From contig CAVYXQ010000028.1 in NCBI GenBank assembly GCA_963772555.1, positions 27,369 through 91,368 on the forward strand: 64,000 bases of DNA, in the 5' to 3' direction. This document shows, one piece after another, positions 40,495 through 52,509 of the stretch. Numbering within the stretch: position 1 is the stretch's first letter; each line of letters begins with the position of its first letter. The notes beneath the pieces are model-generated. The model saw only the letters and a list, made by a program, of their open reading frames with translations. It was not told the origin of the DNA and did not search any database. The translations under genes were made by a program, and so were the position numbers. The DNA is from an uncultured Alphaproteobacteria bacterium (GTDB taxonomy: Bacteria; Pseudomonadota; Alphaproteobacteria; Rhizobiales; Beijerinckiaceae).

Positions 40495-41920
40495 AAAGCC
40501 CCCCGTTGGAGAGCGCCGGCAGCCGCGCCGGCTCCTCGTCGGCGGGCAGGATGACACGGACACGAAGTCCCGGCTCGTTGTCCTCGAGTTCGACGGAGCC
40601 GCCGTGAAGCCGGGCGACAGCGGCCGCGAGCGAAAGCCCGAGGCCCGAGCCGGGTCGCGACCGCGAGCCTTCCAGGCGGACGAAACGGCCGAGCACGCGC
40701 GCCCGGTCGGCAAGCGCTATTCCCGAGCCGTGGTCGGCGACCGTAAGCACGATCGATCCGCTGGCGCGATAGGCCGAGATCACGACCTCCGGTTTGATCT
40801 TCGCACCGTCTTTCGGCGCGCCATATTTCAGCGCATTGTCGACCAGATTGGCGATGGTCTGGCCGATCAGTTCGCGGTTGCCGCGAACGTTCAGCGGACC
40901 CCTGGTGTCAACCTTGAGCGTGAGGCCTTCCTCCTCGGCGGCCGGCTCGTAGAGCTCGGCGACGCTGCGGGCGGCCTCGCCGAGATCGAAGGTGTGCAGA
41001 TCCTCGAGATCGCCGCCGGCTTCGGCGCGGGCGATCAAAAGAAGCGCGTTGAACACCTTTATCAGGGAGTCCGACTCCTCGATCGTCTTCTCGAGCGCCG
41101 CGCGATACGCGGCCGCGTCGCCGCCGTAGGCGAGCGCGGCCTCCGCATGGTTGCGCAGGCGGGTGAGCGGCGTGCGCAGATCGTGCGCAATGTTGTCCGA
41201 GACTTCGCGCAAGCCCTGCATCAATTCGCTGATCCGGCCCAGCATCTCATTGAGGCCGACCGCCAGCCGGTCGAGCTCGTCGCCGGAGCCGGACACCGGC
41301 AGACGACGCGTCAAATCGCCCGCCATAATGCCCTTGGCCGAGGTGTTGATCGCGTCGATGCGGCTCAGCACGCGCCGGGCGACGAACAGCGCGCCGATCG
41401 CCGCGAGCGCGGCGAAGAACACCAGCGACATCGCCAGCCCTCGCACCATCACCGAACCGATGCGCGCACGATCGCCGAGATCATGGCCGATGAGGAGTCG
41501 AAATCCGCCGGGGAGCACATAAATACGCGCCAGCGCCCGGCGATAACGGTCGCCGCCGCCAATCGTGTGATAGGGCGTATCGACAAATCCCGGATGATCG
41601 AGCACGCCAGGGGGAATCTGCGCGACGTTGCCAGCGAGCGGCTCGCCGGCGGGATCGGTCAGCAGGTAGAGCGAAGAGCCGGGCTGGCGTGCGCGCGCTT
41701 CGATCACCGCGCCGAGCCTTCTCACGCCGCCCTGCGCATATTGGTCGGCGAGGCCCTTGGCCTCGGCCTCGATCGTCTGTCCCATCTCGTTGTCGACGAC
41801 GGTGATGACCTGCCAGGCTATCACTGTGAGAACGATGCCGGCGCCGACGGAGCTCAGCGCCAGGATCGCCAGGGCGAGGCGGAAGGCCGTGGCGCGGAAG
41901 AGCTTACCGAGCGCCGTCAC
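40475..41920 (-). CDS. Sensor histidine kinase (TM-HAMP-HisKA-HATPase)
   Basis: Two TM helices, HAMP, NIAHDLRTPL, NLVDNALKY, GSGLGLSL. Confidence 0.93.
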   Translation of the reverse strand: MTALGKLFRATAFRLALAILALSSVGAGIVLTVIAWQVITVVDNEMGQTIEAEAKGLADQYAQGGVRRLGAVIEARARQPGSSLYLLTDPAGEPLAGNVAQIPPGVLDHPGFVDTPYHTIGGGDRYRRALARIYVLPGGFRLLIGHDLGDRARIGSVMVRGLAMSLVFFAALAAIGALFVARRVLSRIDAINTSAKGIMAGDLTRRLPVSGSGDELDRLAVGLNEMLGRISELMQGLREVSDNIAHDLRTPLTRLRNHAEAALAYGGDAAAYRAALEKTIEESDSLIKVFNALLLIARAEAGGDLEDLHTFDLGEAARSVAELYEPAAEEEGLTLKVDTRGPLNVRGNRELIGQTIANLVDNALKYGAPKDGAKIKPEVVISAYRASGSIVLTVADHGSGIALADRARVLGRFVRLEGSRSRPGSGLGLSLAAAVARLHGGSVELEDNEPGLRVRVILPADEEPARLPALSNGGLFERHAG

Positions 41921-42587
41921 GAATCATGTATCCCGCGCCGCGTACGGTGCTGAGCAGCGGCGCGTCAAAATCGCGGTCGATCTTGGCGCGCAGACGCGAT
42001 ACATGCACATCGATCACGTTGGTCTGCGGATCGAAATGGTAATCCCAGACATGCTCCAGCAGCATGGTCCGAGTGACGACCTTGCCCGCATTCTGCATCA
42101 GATACTCGAGCAGGCGGAACTCGCGCGGCTGCAGGACGATTTCCTCGCCCCTCCTGGTGACCTTGTGGGACAGCCGGTCGAGCGTGAGGTCGGCGACCTT
42201 GAAAACCGTCTCTTCCGGAGCTCCTTTCGGTCGGCGCCTCGCCAGCGTCTCGACGCGCGCCAGAAGCTCGGAAAAAGCGTACGGCTTCGACAGATAGTCG
42301 TCGCCGCCAGCCCGGAGCCCCTTGACGCGATCGTCGACCTGCCCGAGCGCGGAGAGGATGAGGACCGGGGTCTCGTTTTTCTGGTTGCGCAGCGCGCCGA
42401 CCAGCGTCAGCCCGTCCATCTTCGGCAGCATGCGATCGACCACGGCGACGTCGTAGCCGCCGTCGACCGCCATGTCGTAACCCGTCACGCCGTCCGCGGC
42501 ATGGTCGACAACATGGCCCGCCTCGCGAAAGGCCTTGAGGAGATAGGCCGCGCCGTCCCTGTCGTCTTCAATAATCAGGATGCGCAT
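41904..42587 (-). CDS. OmpR-family response regulator
   Basis: RILIIEDD, VVDRMLP, GDDYLSKPY, VIDVHVSRLRAKID, TVRGAGY. Confidence 0.95.
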   Translation of the reverse strand: MRILIIEDDRDGAAYLLKAFREAGHVVDHAADGVTGYDMAVDGGYDVAVVDRMLPKMDGLTLVGALRNQKNETPVLILSALGQVDDRVKGLRAGGDDYLSKPYAFSELLARVETLARRRPKGAPEETVFKVADLTLDRLSHKVTRRGEEIVLQPREFRLLEYLMQNAGKVVTRTMLLEHVWDYHFDPQTNVIDVHVSRLRAKIDRDFDAPLLSTVRGAGYMIRDGAR

Positions 42588-42629
42588 GGGCGATATATAG
42601 TGTTTCCCGGCCTATTTGGCCAAAGGAAT

Positions 42630-42706
42630 GGCGGCAGGTCCTCGGGGGGCTTGATAAGGACCTGCCGCCACCTTGCCGGGGTCGCGCGGGCGGGGAATGT
42701 GCGACC
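42630..42706 (-). other. Tandem hairpins with C-rich loops
   Basis: Perfect 13-bp stem (42630-42642/42657-42669) and 8-bp stem with one mismatch (42680-42687/42699-42706); minus-strand loops UAUCAAGCCCCCCG and AUUCCCCGCCC. Confidence 0.55.
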
Positions 42707-42807
42707 GCCGACTGGACGAAAAGGCGCGCTATGCGCTGGGCCGGGGACAAGCCCAATAATCCCTTCCGTCCATTTGTTTTCGGCGTCCCCCAGGGGCGCC
42801 GACTTCG

Positions 42808-44361
42808 TCAGGATGCGCTGGTCGGCAGGGCGACGAAGTGCTCTCCTTCGCCCGACTTGACGCGCATCAATACGCTCTTCTTGCCGTCGGTCTTCGCCGA
42901 GGCAATGGCCTGGGCGACATCCGACGGGCGATTTACCGATTTGCCCGACACCTCGAGGATGACATCGCCCTCCTTCAGGCCCTTGTCAGCCGCCGCGCCG
43001 TCCGGATCGACGTCCGAGACGACAACGCCGTCCTGGCTCCGCCGCAGCTTCATGCCGAGATTGGCCAAAGCCGAGGAACTGTTCTCCGCATTGCCGGGGC
43101 TGCCGCCGGTTTCGGCGCTCGCCGTCTTGTCGGCGGGCATCGTGCCGAGCGTCACTTCGAACGTCATCGACTTGCCATCGCGGATAACATCGAGCTTCGC
43201 CGTCTTCTTCGGCCCGAGCGCGGCGATCTTGCGGGCGAGATCGTGCGGGTCGGAGACGGTCTCGCCGTCCACGGCCGTGATGACATCGCCGCTCTTGATG
43301 CCAGCGTCGGCGGCGGGCGAGTTCTTCTGAGCCTGCGCCACCAGCGCGCCGGAATCGCTCTTGAGACCCAGATCGTCGGCGATATCCGGCGTCACCTTCT
43401 GGATTTCGACACCGATCCAGCCGCGGGTGACCGAGCCATTCTCCTTCAGCTGCTGGACGACGTTCTTAACCACGTCGCTTGCGATGGCGAAGCCAATCCC
43501 TACACTGCCGCCCGACGGCGAGAAGATGGCGGTGTTGACACCGACCACTTGGCCTTCTTCATTGAAGGTCGGGCCACCCGAATTGCCGTGATTGACCGGC
43601 GCGTCGATCTGCAGGAAGTCGTCGTAGGGTCCGGAGCCGATGTCGCGGCCGCGGGCCGACACGATCCCGGCAGTGACGGTGCCGCCGAGCCCGAACGGAT
43701 TGCCGACGGCGATCACCCAGTCGCCAACGCGCGGCGACTTCCCGGCGAAGGTCACGAAGGGGAAGTTGGACCCGTCCGCCTTGAGCAGGGCGAGATCCGT
43801 CTTGCTGTCGGTGCCGATCACCTTCGCCGGCATCGTCCTGCCGTCGGAAGTGATGATCGTCACGTCAGTCGCATGATCGACCACGTGGTTGTTGGTGACG
43901 ATGTAGCCGTCGGAGCTGATGAAGAAGCCCGAGCCCTGGGCCATAGCCGTATGGCGATGCGGCGTCATCTCGTTGTCATTGCCGCCGCCCGGGAGGCCAA
44001 AATGGCGGAAAAAGTGATAGAAGGGACTGTTCTGCGGAAAGTCCGGCAGGCCGTCGGATCCCTCGTCCTCCGAGTTGCCGACGGTCGCCATTTTAACCTT
44101 GACCGACACAACCGCGGGCTTCACCCGGTCCACGATGTCGGCAAACGACGCCGGCCCGGCTGCGGGCTGCGGCGAGATCGCCGAAGGCGCTGAAGGATTA
44201 GCGTTTGGAACCGGCGGGGGGGCGCTTTCCGGCACGGACGTGGACATGGCCGCATCCGCATGGATGGGCGCAAGCGTCCTCTCGAAAGCCGCTCCGCCGA
44301 GCGCCGCGGCCGCCACGGCTCCGAGCAACGCAACACGAAGGGAACGAGAACGACGAATCAT
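42808..44361 (-). CDS. Do/DegP/HtrA-family periplasmic serine protease
   Basis: Signal peptide, GSGFFIS, VTNNHVV, DLALLK, QIDAPVNHGNSGGP, two PDZ domains. Confidence 0.95.
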   Translation of the reverse strand: MIRRSRSLRVALLGAVAAAALGGAAFERTLAPIHADAAMSTSVPESAPPPVPNANPSAPSAISPQPAAGPASFADIVDRVKPAVVSVKVKMATVGNSEDEGSDGLPDFPQNSPFYHFFRHFGLPGGGNDNEMTPHRHTAMAQGSGFFISSDGYIVTNNHVVDHATDVTIITSDGRTMPAKVIGTDSKTDLALLKADGSNFPFVTFAGKSPRVGDWVIAVGNPFGLGGTVTAGIVSARGRDIGSGPYDDFLQIDAPVNHGNSGGPTFNEEGQVVGVNTAIFSPSGGSVGIGFAIASDVVKNVVQQLKENGSVTRGWIGVEIQKVTPDIADDLGLKSDSGALVAQAQKNSPAADAGIKSGDVITAVDGETVSDPHDLARKIAALGPKKTAKLDVIRDGKSMTFEVTLGTMPADKTASAETGGSPGNAENSSSALANLGMKLRRSQDGVVVSDVDPDGAAADKGLKEGDVILEVSGKSVNRPSDVAQAIASAKTDGKKSVLMRVKSGEGEHFVALPTSAS

Positions 44362-44708
44362 TATTGGACCCCGAAATCAATAGCCAGCTTCCGCCGACTT
44401 TGTTCCACGCAGGATGGGCCGCTCGGCCTAACGTCACGATGGCCCGAACATGAAAGCTTGGTAATGATGGCCGTCGCGCCGAGGTACGCATCACCGACGC
44501 GGTTGGCGCTCTGAAACCTTTCGTTTCCACGGCTGAGAAACTCCCCTGGAGCGAAATTCGCCCGGACCGACGGATCCAAGGAGTTCGCCATTTTTTTTCA
44601 TTGATGGCGAGTCCGCCGGCGCTGCCGTTTGTGAACCAAGAGTAAGACGTCCGTGCACTGCCTTGGACGTGCGTACGAGCGCCCTTCGGGGCGAAATCAT
44701 CCGGACAC

Positions 44709-44732
44709 AAAAAAGCCGGCTCGATCGCCGGC
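44709..44732 (-). terminator. Rho-independent terminator after rpmF
   Basis: Minus strand GCCGGC-GATCGA-GCCGGC-TTTTTT. Confidence 0.75.
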
Positions 44733-44757
44733 CCTCGTCCGTGACCGGTGGCGGCCT

Positions 44758-44952
44758 TCAGCTTTCCGCAGAGGTCGACTTCGGCCTCAGCACCTGACGG
44801 CCGCGGTACATGCCGGTCTTCAGATCAATGTGGTGCGGGCGCCTGAGTTCGCCCGAATCCTTGTCCTCAACATAGGTAGGGGCCTTGAGGGCGTCGGCGG
44901 AGCGGCGCATGCCGCGGCGCGACGGCGACGTCTTGCGTCTGGGAACAGCCAT
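44758..44952 (-). CDS. rpmF: 50S ribosomal protein L32
   Basis: [22 protein letters not shown]...[19 protein letters not shown]. Confidence 0.97.
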   Translation of the reverse strand: MAVPRRKTSPSRRGMRRSADALKAPTYVEDKDSGELRRPHHIDLKTGMYRGRQVLRPKSTSAES

Positions 44953-45078
44953 TGGCGCGACTCCGGTCGGGGCGGTCGGCGCCGCCCGTGCGAAATGAGA
45001 AGCGGCGCTCTTACACGCAATCGCTGGGCAGCGCCAGTCTTTCCTGTTCCGAATTGCCGCGGTCGCTCTCCGGACCGG

Positions 45079-45582
45079 TCAGGCGGAGCCGCGCGTCTCG
45101 AAGGCGGCAAAGGCGAGGGCTTCGCGCGGCGGACGATCCGCCCACAAAACGAACTGGAACGCCTGGTAGTAGGTCTCGCAGGCGCTGACCGCGGCGTTGA
45201 CGACGGCCCCGCACTGCAGGTCGCTGGCGGTTGCGCCGCCAGCCAGGCAAAGGGAGTGGCGGAACATCACGAGGTCCTGCCCGCTCCACAGGTCGAAATG
45301 GCCGAGCCACAGTTGCTCGTTGATCAGCTGCACCAGCTCGCGGACGGCCGCGTGCCGACGCGGCGGCGACTTCAGATCGAAGCAACAGCTGACGTGGAGC
45401 GATTCCATTTCCGGCAGCCAGGTGAAAGAGACGTCGTAGCTCGCCCAGCCGCCGGAAACCAGGATCGAGATCTCATCTTCGGCCGCGCGGTCGAAAACCC
45501 AGTGATTGAGCGCCGCCAGACGCTCCACGGCATCGACGGGATGTTCGACGCGATCGTCGACGACAGTCTCGATCAGGCTCAT
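45079..45582 (-). CDS. YbjN-domain protein
   Basis: HPVDAVE...INEQLWLGHFDLW...MFRHSL...YQAFQFVLWA; ATG 45582. Confidence 0.85.
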   Translation of the reverse strand: MSLIETVVDDRVEHPVDAVERLAALNHWVFDRAAEDEISILVSGGWASYDVSFTWLPEMESLHVSCCFDLKSPPRRHAAVRELVQLINEQLWLGHFDLWSGQDLVMFRHSLCLAGGATASDLQCGAVVNAAVSACETYYQAFQFVLWADRPPREALAFAAFETRGSA

Positions 45583-45796
45583 CAGGGGTCTTTCGGCTCG
45601 AGATGCGGAAGGCGAGAAATGACGCGTGCCGGGGCGACCCGCCTCCACATCAGAGCCGCCCGTCCGCTTTGCCGGCTCAGGCGAAGCGAACAGTCGCAAC
45701 CTCGATGATTCGCAACGAATCGTAAACCCTGACGATCTCATTCGTCCACAGAATCTGTGAAGGGAATCAAGACTCTGTCCAAAGATTCGAATCCTA

Positions 45797-46057
45797 TCAG
45801 GACTTTGGCTCGAGGAGCCTCGCCTCAAGCCCGGCCATGCGGGCGGCAAGCTTCTCGTTCTCCTCGCGGGCGCGCGCCGCCATCTCACGCACGGCCTCGA
45901 ACTCCTCGCGGGTGACAATGTCCATGCCCGCCAGCATGCGCTCGAGTTGGCTGCGGGCGAAGGTCTGCGCTTCGCGCCGCGCCCCGTCGGCCAGACCTGC
46001 TGCGTCGGTCATCAGGCGGGAGAGATCATCGAAGAATCGGCTGCTGGTCTGCGGCAT
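45797..46057 (-). CDS. UbiK/BMFP-family accessory factor
   Basis: FFDDLSRLMTDAAG...LVTREEFEAVREMA-type motif and C-terminal coiled coil. Confidence 0.88.
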   Translation of the reverse strand: MPQTSSRFFDDLSRLMTDAAGLADGARREAQTFARSQLERMLAGMDIVTREEFEAVREMAARAREENEKLAARMAGLEARLLEPKS

Positions 46058-46204
46058 GAAGGACTCCGGTCAGGCGCGCCGCGGCCGGGGTCGCGAGCGT
46101 CAGGGCGTATGTGGCGTGAACGATCGAGGGCCGCAAGGGCGATGACAATGCGGCCTCGGCCTTGCTACTATTGCCCAGCTCCTTTGCCTTCGAGGCGAAG
46201 TCCT

Positions 46205-47332
46205 ATGCGAGTCAAAGCCGCCGTCCTCGGCAAGACCGGTCTGCCGCCGCCCTACGCGACGTCGCGTCCGCTTGAGCTTCTCGATCTCGATCTCGCCCCG
46301 CCCGGACGCGGCGAGGTTCTGGTGCGGATCAAGGCGGCGGGGCTTTGCCATTCCGATCTTTCGGTCATCGACGGATCGCGGCCAAGGCCGACGCCGATGG
46401 CGCTAGGGCACGAGGCTGCCGGGATCGTCGAGGGGCTCGGCGTGGGAGTCGACGATCTCGCGGCAGGCGATCATGTCGTCCTCGTCTTCGTGCCGAGTTG
46501 CGGCCGATGCGGCCCTTGCGCCGCTGGACGTCCGGCGCTGTGCGAGCCTGGAGCCAGGGCCAATGGCGCTGGGACCCTGCTCAATGGCAAGCGGCGGCTG
46601 AGTTTTCGCGCCGAGCCGGTCCATCACCATCTCGGCGTCTCAGCCTTTGCAACGCATGCGGTGGCGGCGCGCGAATCCTGCGTCAGGATCGATTCCGGCC
46701 TGCCGCTCGATATTGCAGCGCTGTTCGGGTGCGCGGTGCTTACTGGGGTCGGGGCCGTCGTCAATACGGCAAAGGTCGCGCCTGGCGCATCGGTCGCTGT
46801 GGTTGGTCTCGGCGGCGTGGGCTTGAGCGCAGTGCTCGGGGCGAGGCTCGCCGGCGCGCGGCAGATCGTCGCCGTCGACCTCGCCGACGAGAAGCTCGCC
46901 TTCGCCCGCGCGTTGGGTGCGACGCACACGGTCAACGCCGCGGCAAAAGACGCCGTCCAGACGATCCGCGAGATATCCCGCGGTGGCGTCGAGTTCGCCT
47001 TCGACATGGCCGGCGCCGTGCCAGCGCTCGAACTCGCCTATGCCGCGACCGCGCGAGGCGGCACGACCGTCACCGCCGGGCTGCCGCACCCCGACAAGCG
47101 CATGGCCCTCTCCCCTGTCACCCTCGTCGCGGAAGAGCGCACGCTGAAGGGCTCCTACATCGGCTCCGCCGCGCCGTTGCGCGACGTGCCGCGCCTGATC
47201 GGGCTCTTTCAGGCCGGCAAGCTGCCGGTCGACGCGCTCCTGACCCACCGGCTCAAGCTCGAGGAGATCAACGAGGGCTTCGACCGGCTGCGCGAGGGGA
47301 TCGGGGTCAGGCAGGTGGTGGTGTTCGCCTGA
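46205..47332 (+). CDS. Zn-dependent alcohol dehydrogenase (MDR family)
   Basis: GLCHSDL, LGHEAAG, CGRCGPC..G..ALC, GLGGVG. Confidence 0.93.
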   Translation: MRVKAAVLGKTGLPPPYATSRPLELLDLDLAPPGRGEVLVRIKAAGLCHSDLSVIDGSRPRPTPMALGHEAAGIVEGLGVGVDDLAAGDHVVLVFVPSCGRCGPCAAGRPALCEPGARANGAGTLLNGKRRLSFRAEPVHHHLGVSAFATHAVAARESCVRIDSGLPLDIAALFGCAVLTGVGAVVNTAKVAPGASVAVVGLGGVGLSAVLGARLAGARQIVAVDLADEKLAFARALGATHTVNAAAKDAVQTIREISRGGVEFAFDMAGAVPALELAYAATARGGTTVTAGLPHPDKRMALSPVTLVAEERTLKGSYIGSAAPLRDVPRLIGLFQAGKLPVDALLTHRLKLEEINEGFDRLREGIGVRQVVVFA

Positions 47333-47548
47333 CAAGCGGTAGGTTGCGGCACGTGTCGCTCTTTCCGTTTGGCCCCGAAGCCCCGGCTCCCCGCGGCCCC
47401 GTTAATAATGATCGCCGATGATCGGAGCGGCAAACGCGCGACGCGTTTCCCTTCCCCGCCAATTTGGGCAGTATAGGCCGCACTTGGCGACGGTAACGCG
47501 GCCTTGGAGCCGCGAATGCGGTGGCAGCGAACGGGAAAAGGAGAAGCC

Positions 47549-48010
47549 ATGAACTGGTCAAACATTGCGAGAGGTGCGGCCGCCCTTGCGCTATTGACGT
47601 CCGCGCCCGCGCCGGCCGGCGCGATGGACTTAGCGGCCGGGACGCTTCCCGTCGTGCGGATGAACGACAGCTTCGTCCAGAAGGTGGTCATTGTCCACGG
47701 AGCGCATGGAGGCGCCTACGTTGGTCACCCGGGCTATCATCCCGGCTACCGCCCCGGCTACCATCCCGGCTACCACCCTGGCTATCGTCCGGGATATCGG
47801 CCGGGTTACGGCGGTTACCATTACGGGGGCTGGGCGCGTCCCGGCTGGTACCGCTGGGGGGCCGGAGGAGCGATCGCGGCCGGGGCGGCGATCGGCTTCC
47901 TCGGCGCGGGCGCAGTCGCCGCCTGGGCAGGCCCGCCGCCAGCGCCGGGCCTTTGCTGGTACTACACGGATCCGAGCCAGCGGCAGGGCTTCTGGGACGC
48001 CTGCCCGTAA
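47549..48010 (+). CDS. Secreted/membrane protein with (H/R)PGY tandem repeats
   Basis: Signal peptide; seven (H/R)PGY units (47726-47809); Gly/Ala hydrophobic stretch; CWYYTDPSQRQGFWDACP tail. Confidence 0.8.
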   Translation: MNWSNIARGAAALALLTSAPAPAGAMDLAAGTLPVVRMNDSFVQKVVIVHGAHGGAYVGHPGYHPGYRPGYHPGYHPGYRPGYRPGYGGYHYGGWARPGWYRWGAGGAIAAGAAIGFLGAGAVAAWAGPPPAPGLCWYYTDPSQRQGFWDACP

Positions 48011-48166
48011 GACGTAATAACCGCCACTGACCCTGACTTTCTTCCGCGCAAACCGCAGAAGGGAGGGTCAGAGCGTGCGGCCGGCCTCGAGCAGGCGCAG
48101 CACGACCCAGACCGGCGCGGCCGCCATCGGGCCGGTCAGGCGTGAGAGGTGGCCCGGCGGCCTCCC

Positions 48167-50812
<2,646 letters not shown>

Positions 50813-50979
50813 GGCTCAATTCCTCTCGGCGACGCTCCCTGCCCCGCAGCGGCATCGGGCGGCCCGCGTGACCTGACCGCTCAAAACGGCGGCTCGAGGT
50901 GGATGTAGGTTCGCCTCCGCGCCGGCGGAAGGGTTCGTCTCCCTATTAATGCAGCTGCGACTGATGCAGCTGTATTTGC

Positions 50980-51207
50980 CTAGGAGGAGGTCGATCGTTT
51001 CAAGAACTCCTGGAGCCACTCGGCGTTCATTCCGGCGATCGGCAACCAGGCGCGGAACAGGGCTTCGGGCGAAAAGCGCTCGAGCTCGACCATCATGCGC
51101 CTCTCGATCTCCGCCATGGCGGCCTTTTGCATCGGCTCCACGTCCGGCAGCCCCATGAACTGGCGCGCCTCGAGCGGCGTGCAGTCGACGTTGATGGTTA
51201 TCTTCAT
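50980..51207 (-). CDS. Small conserved protein (DUF6489-like)
   Basis: MKITINVDCTPLEARQFMGLPDVEPMQ, a family pattern I recognise. Confidence 0.7.
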   Translation of the reverse strand: MKITINVDCTPLEARQFMGLPDVEPMQKAAMAEIERRMMVELERFSPEALFRAWLPIAGMNAEWLQEFLKRSTSS

Positions 51208-51496
51208 CGGATGATTAGCTTTCCTGCCTCTTTTCGCCGGCGGCCCCGGATCCATAGCCTAACATCGTTACGCTTTCGATTTTTTGCAGGCCTCCCCATT
51301 TGAGCGACAGCGGTTTGCTAAATGTGATGGAACGCCGACGAACCCGGCGTCGTTTTCGTTCGACTGCAGGCCGACGGTGAATTCTCTTGTTGAACAATGC
51401 GATCTAACGCCTATCATGTTGACGTTACGCGGGGTACAGAATCACTGCTTGCCGGCCTCGGGGCGGCACCGGAAGCCTTGATGTGAGGGAAGAGTG

Positions 51497-52081
51497 ATGG
51501 ATACGCCCCGACGTCCTTACCGCCACGGCAACTTGCCGAACGCCATGCGCGCTGCGGCGCGCGCCATTCTCGACGAAGCCGGGCCGGATGCAGTCGGCCT
51601 CAGGGAGACGGCCCGCCGCGTCGGCGTGTCCGCCACGGCCGCCTATCGGCACTTTACCAGCAAGGAGGATCTTCTTGCTTCCGTCGCCGCGGAGGGCTTC
51701 CGCGAGCTTGCCGCGTCGCTGCAAGCGGCGGCGGGCGAGCCGGACCCGCTGATCGCCGTCGGGCTTGCCTATGTGGAATTCGCCCTGCAGAAGCGCGGTC
51801 TGTTCCGCCTGATGTTCGGACCGATTCTGGTGGAACGGGCAAAATATCCGTTGCTCAGCGAGGCCGCCGGCGCCGCCTTCGACGTCCTGCAGCGTGTCGC
51901 CGGACCCGACGAGCGGCCGCGCGAGGAAAATCCAGTGACAATGGCGGCCTGGGGTTTGGTCCATGGCCTGTCGGGCCTCCTGATCGATGGGCTGGTCCCC
52001 GAAGCGCGCGCGCGGGACCTGGCCCAAGAGATTCTCCTCTGGGCCGGGACGGCCAAGCCGGAACATCGACCCGCCGCCTGA
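51497..52081 (+). CDS. TetR/AcrR-family regulator (WHG-type C-domain)
   Basis: GLRETARRVGVSATAAYRHF HTH; WGLVHGLS. Confidence 0.92.
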   Translation: MDTPRRPYRHGNLPNAMRAAARAILDEAGPDAVGLRETARRVGVSATAAYRHFTSKEDLLASVAAEGFRELAASLQAAAGEPDPLIAVGLAYVEFALQKRGLFRLMFGPILVERAKYPLLSEAAGAAFDVLQRVAGPDERPREENPVTMAAWGLVHGLSGLLIDGLVPEARARDLAQEILLWAGTAKPEHRPAA

Positions 52082-52322
52082 AACCGGCGCAGAGTCCCAC
52101 GCTGGCAAAATGGCGGATACGAATCGGCGGCCTACGTCTGGCTTTCGGAGGTAGTCCGCCCGAATTTGAACTCCGCGGCGTCGGCGGTTCCCTGACTTTC
52201 AGAAGGTTTCCGAACGCTTCAATCGAGCTTCCGTCGGCTTCAAAGGCCCTTCAAATTTCTGCCAGAAATTTCAATTCCTTGCCTGAATTCGTGACTTGTC
52301 AGATGGTTACGGCCGAACGAAA

Positions 52323-52509
52323 GTAACCGGGGCAAATTGCCGGGCGGGCTTGGGCTGGTTCAAGCAGGGGCTGGACTGACGAGGGTTGCGAGGTCTGGAA
52401 TTTTTGGGCCTGGAAGTCCCAGTCGGTCGCCGATGAAGGCGTAGAACGACACTTTCAATTTCATGCAGGTTTTGGCCAGCCCGAGCATGACGTCGGGGGC
52501 GTCGCGGCC
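52323..52509 (-). mobile_element. 187-bp right-end fragment of the same IS66 element, inverted, abutting copy 2
   Basis: Matches 10436-10622 except one substitution (GTCGCGGG to GTCGGGGG); joined directly to the left IR at 52510. Confidence 0.95.

Noticed and set aside
47726-47809. 12-bp tandem repeats as a possible CRISPR array
   Set aside because: No unique spacers, in-frame coding repeat, and no cas genes in the window.
50890-50990. Possible RpoH promoter and ATGCAGCTG repeats upstream of clpB
   Set aside because: The -35 match is weak; the repeats may simply be a terminator-like stem of the upstream small gene.
52305-52310. GGTTAC as a further IS end
   Set aside because: Only 6 bp match the IR and the adjacent bases do not continue it.
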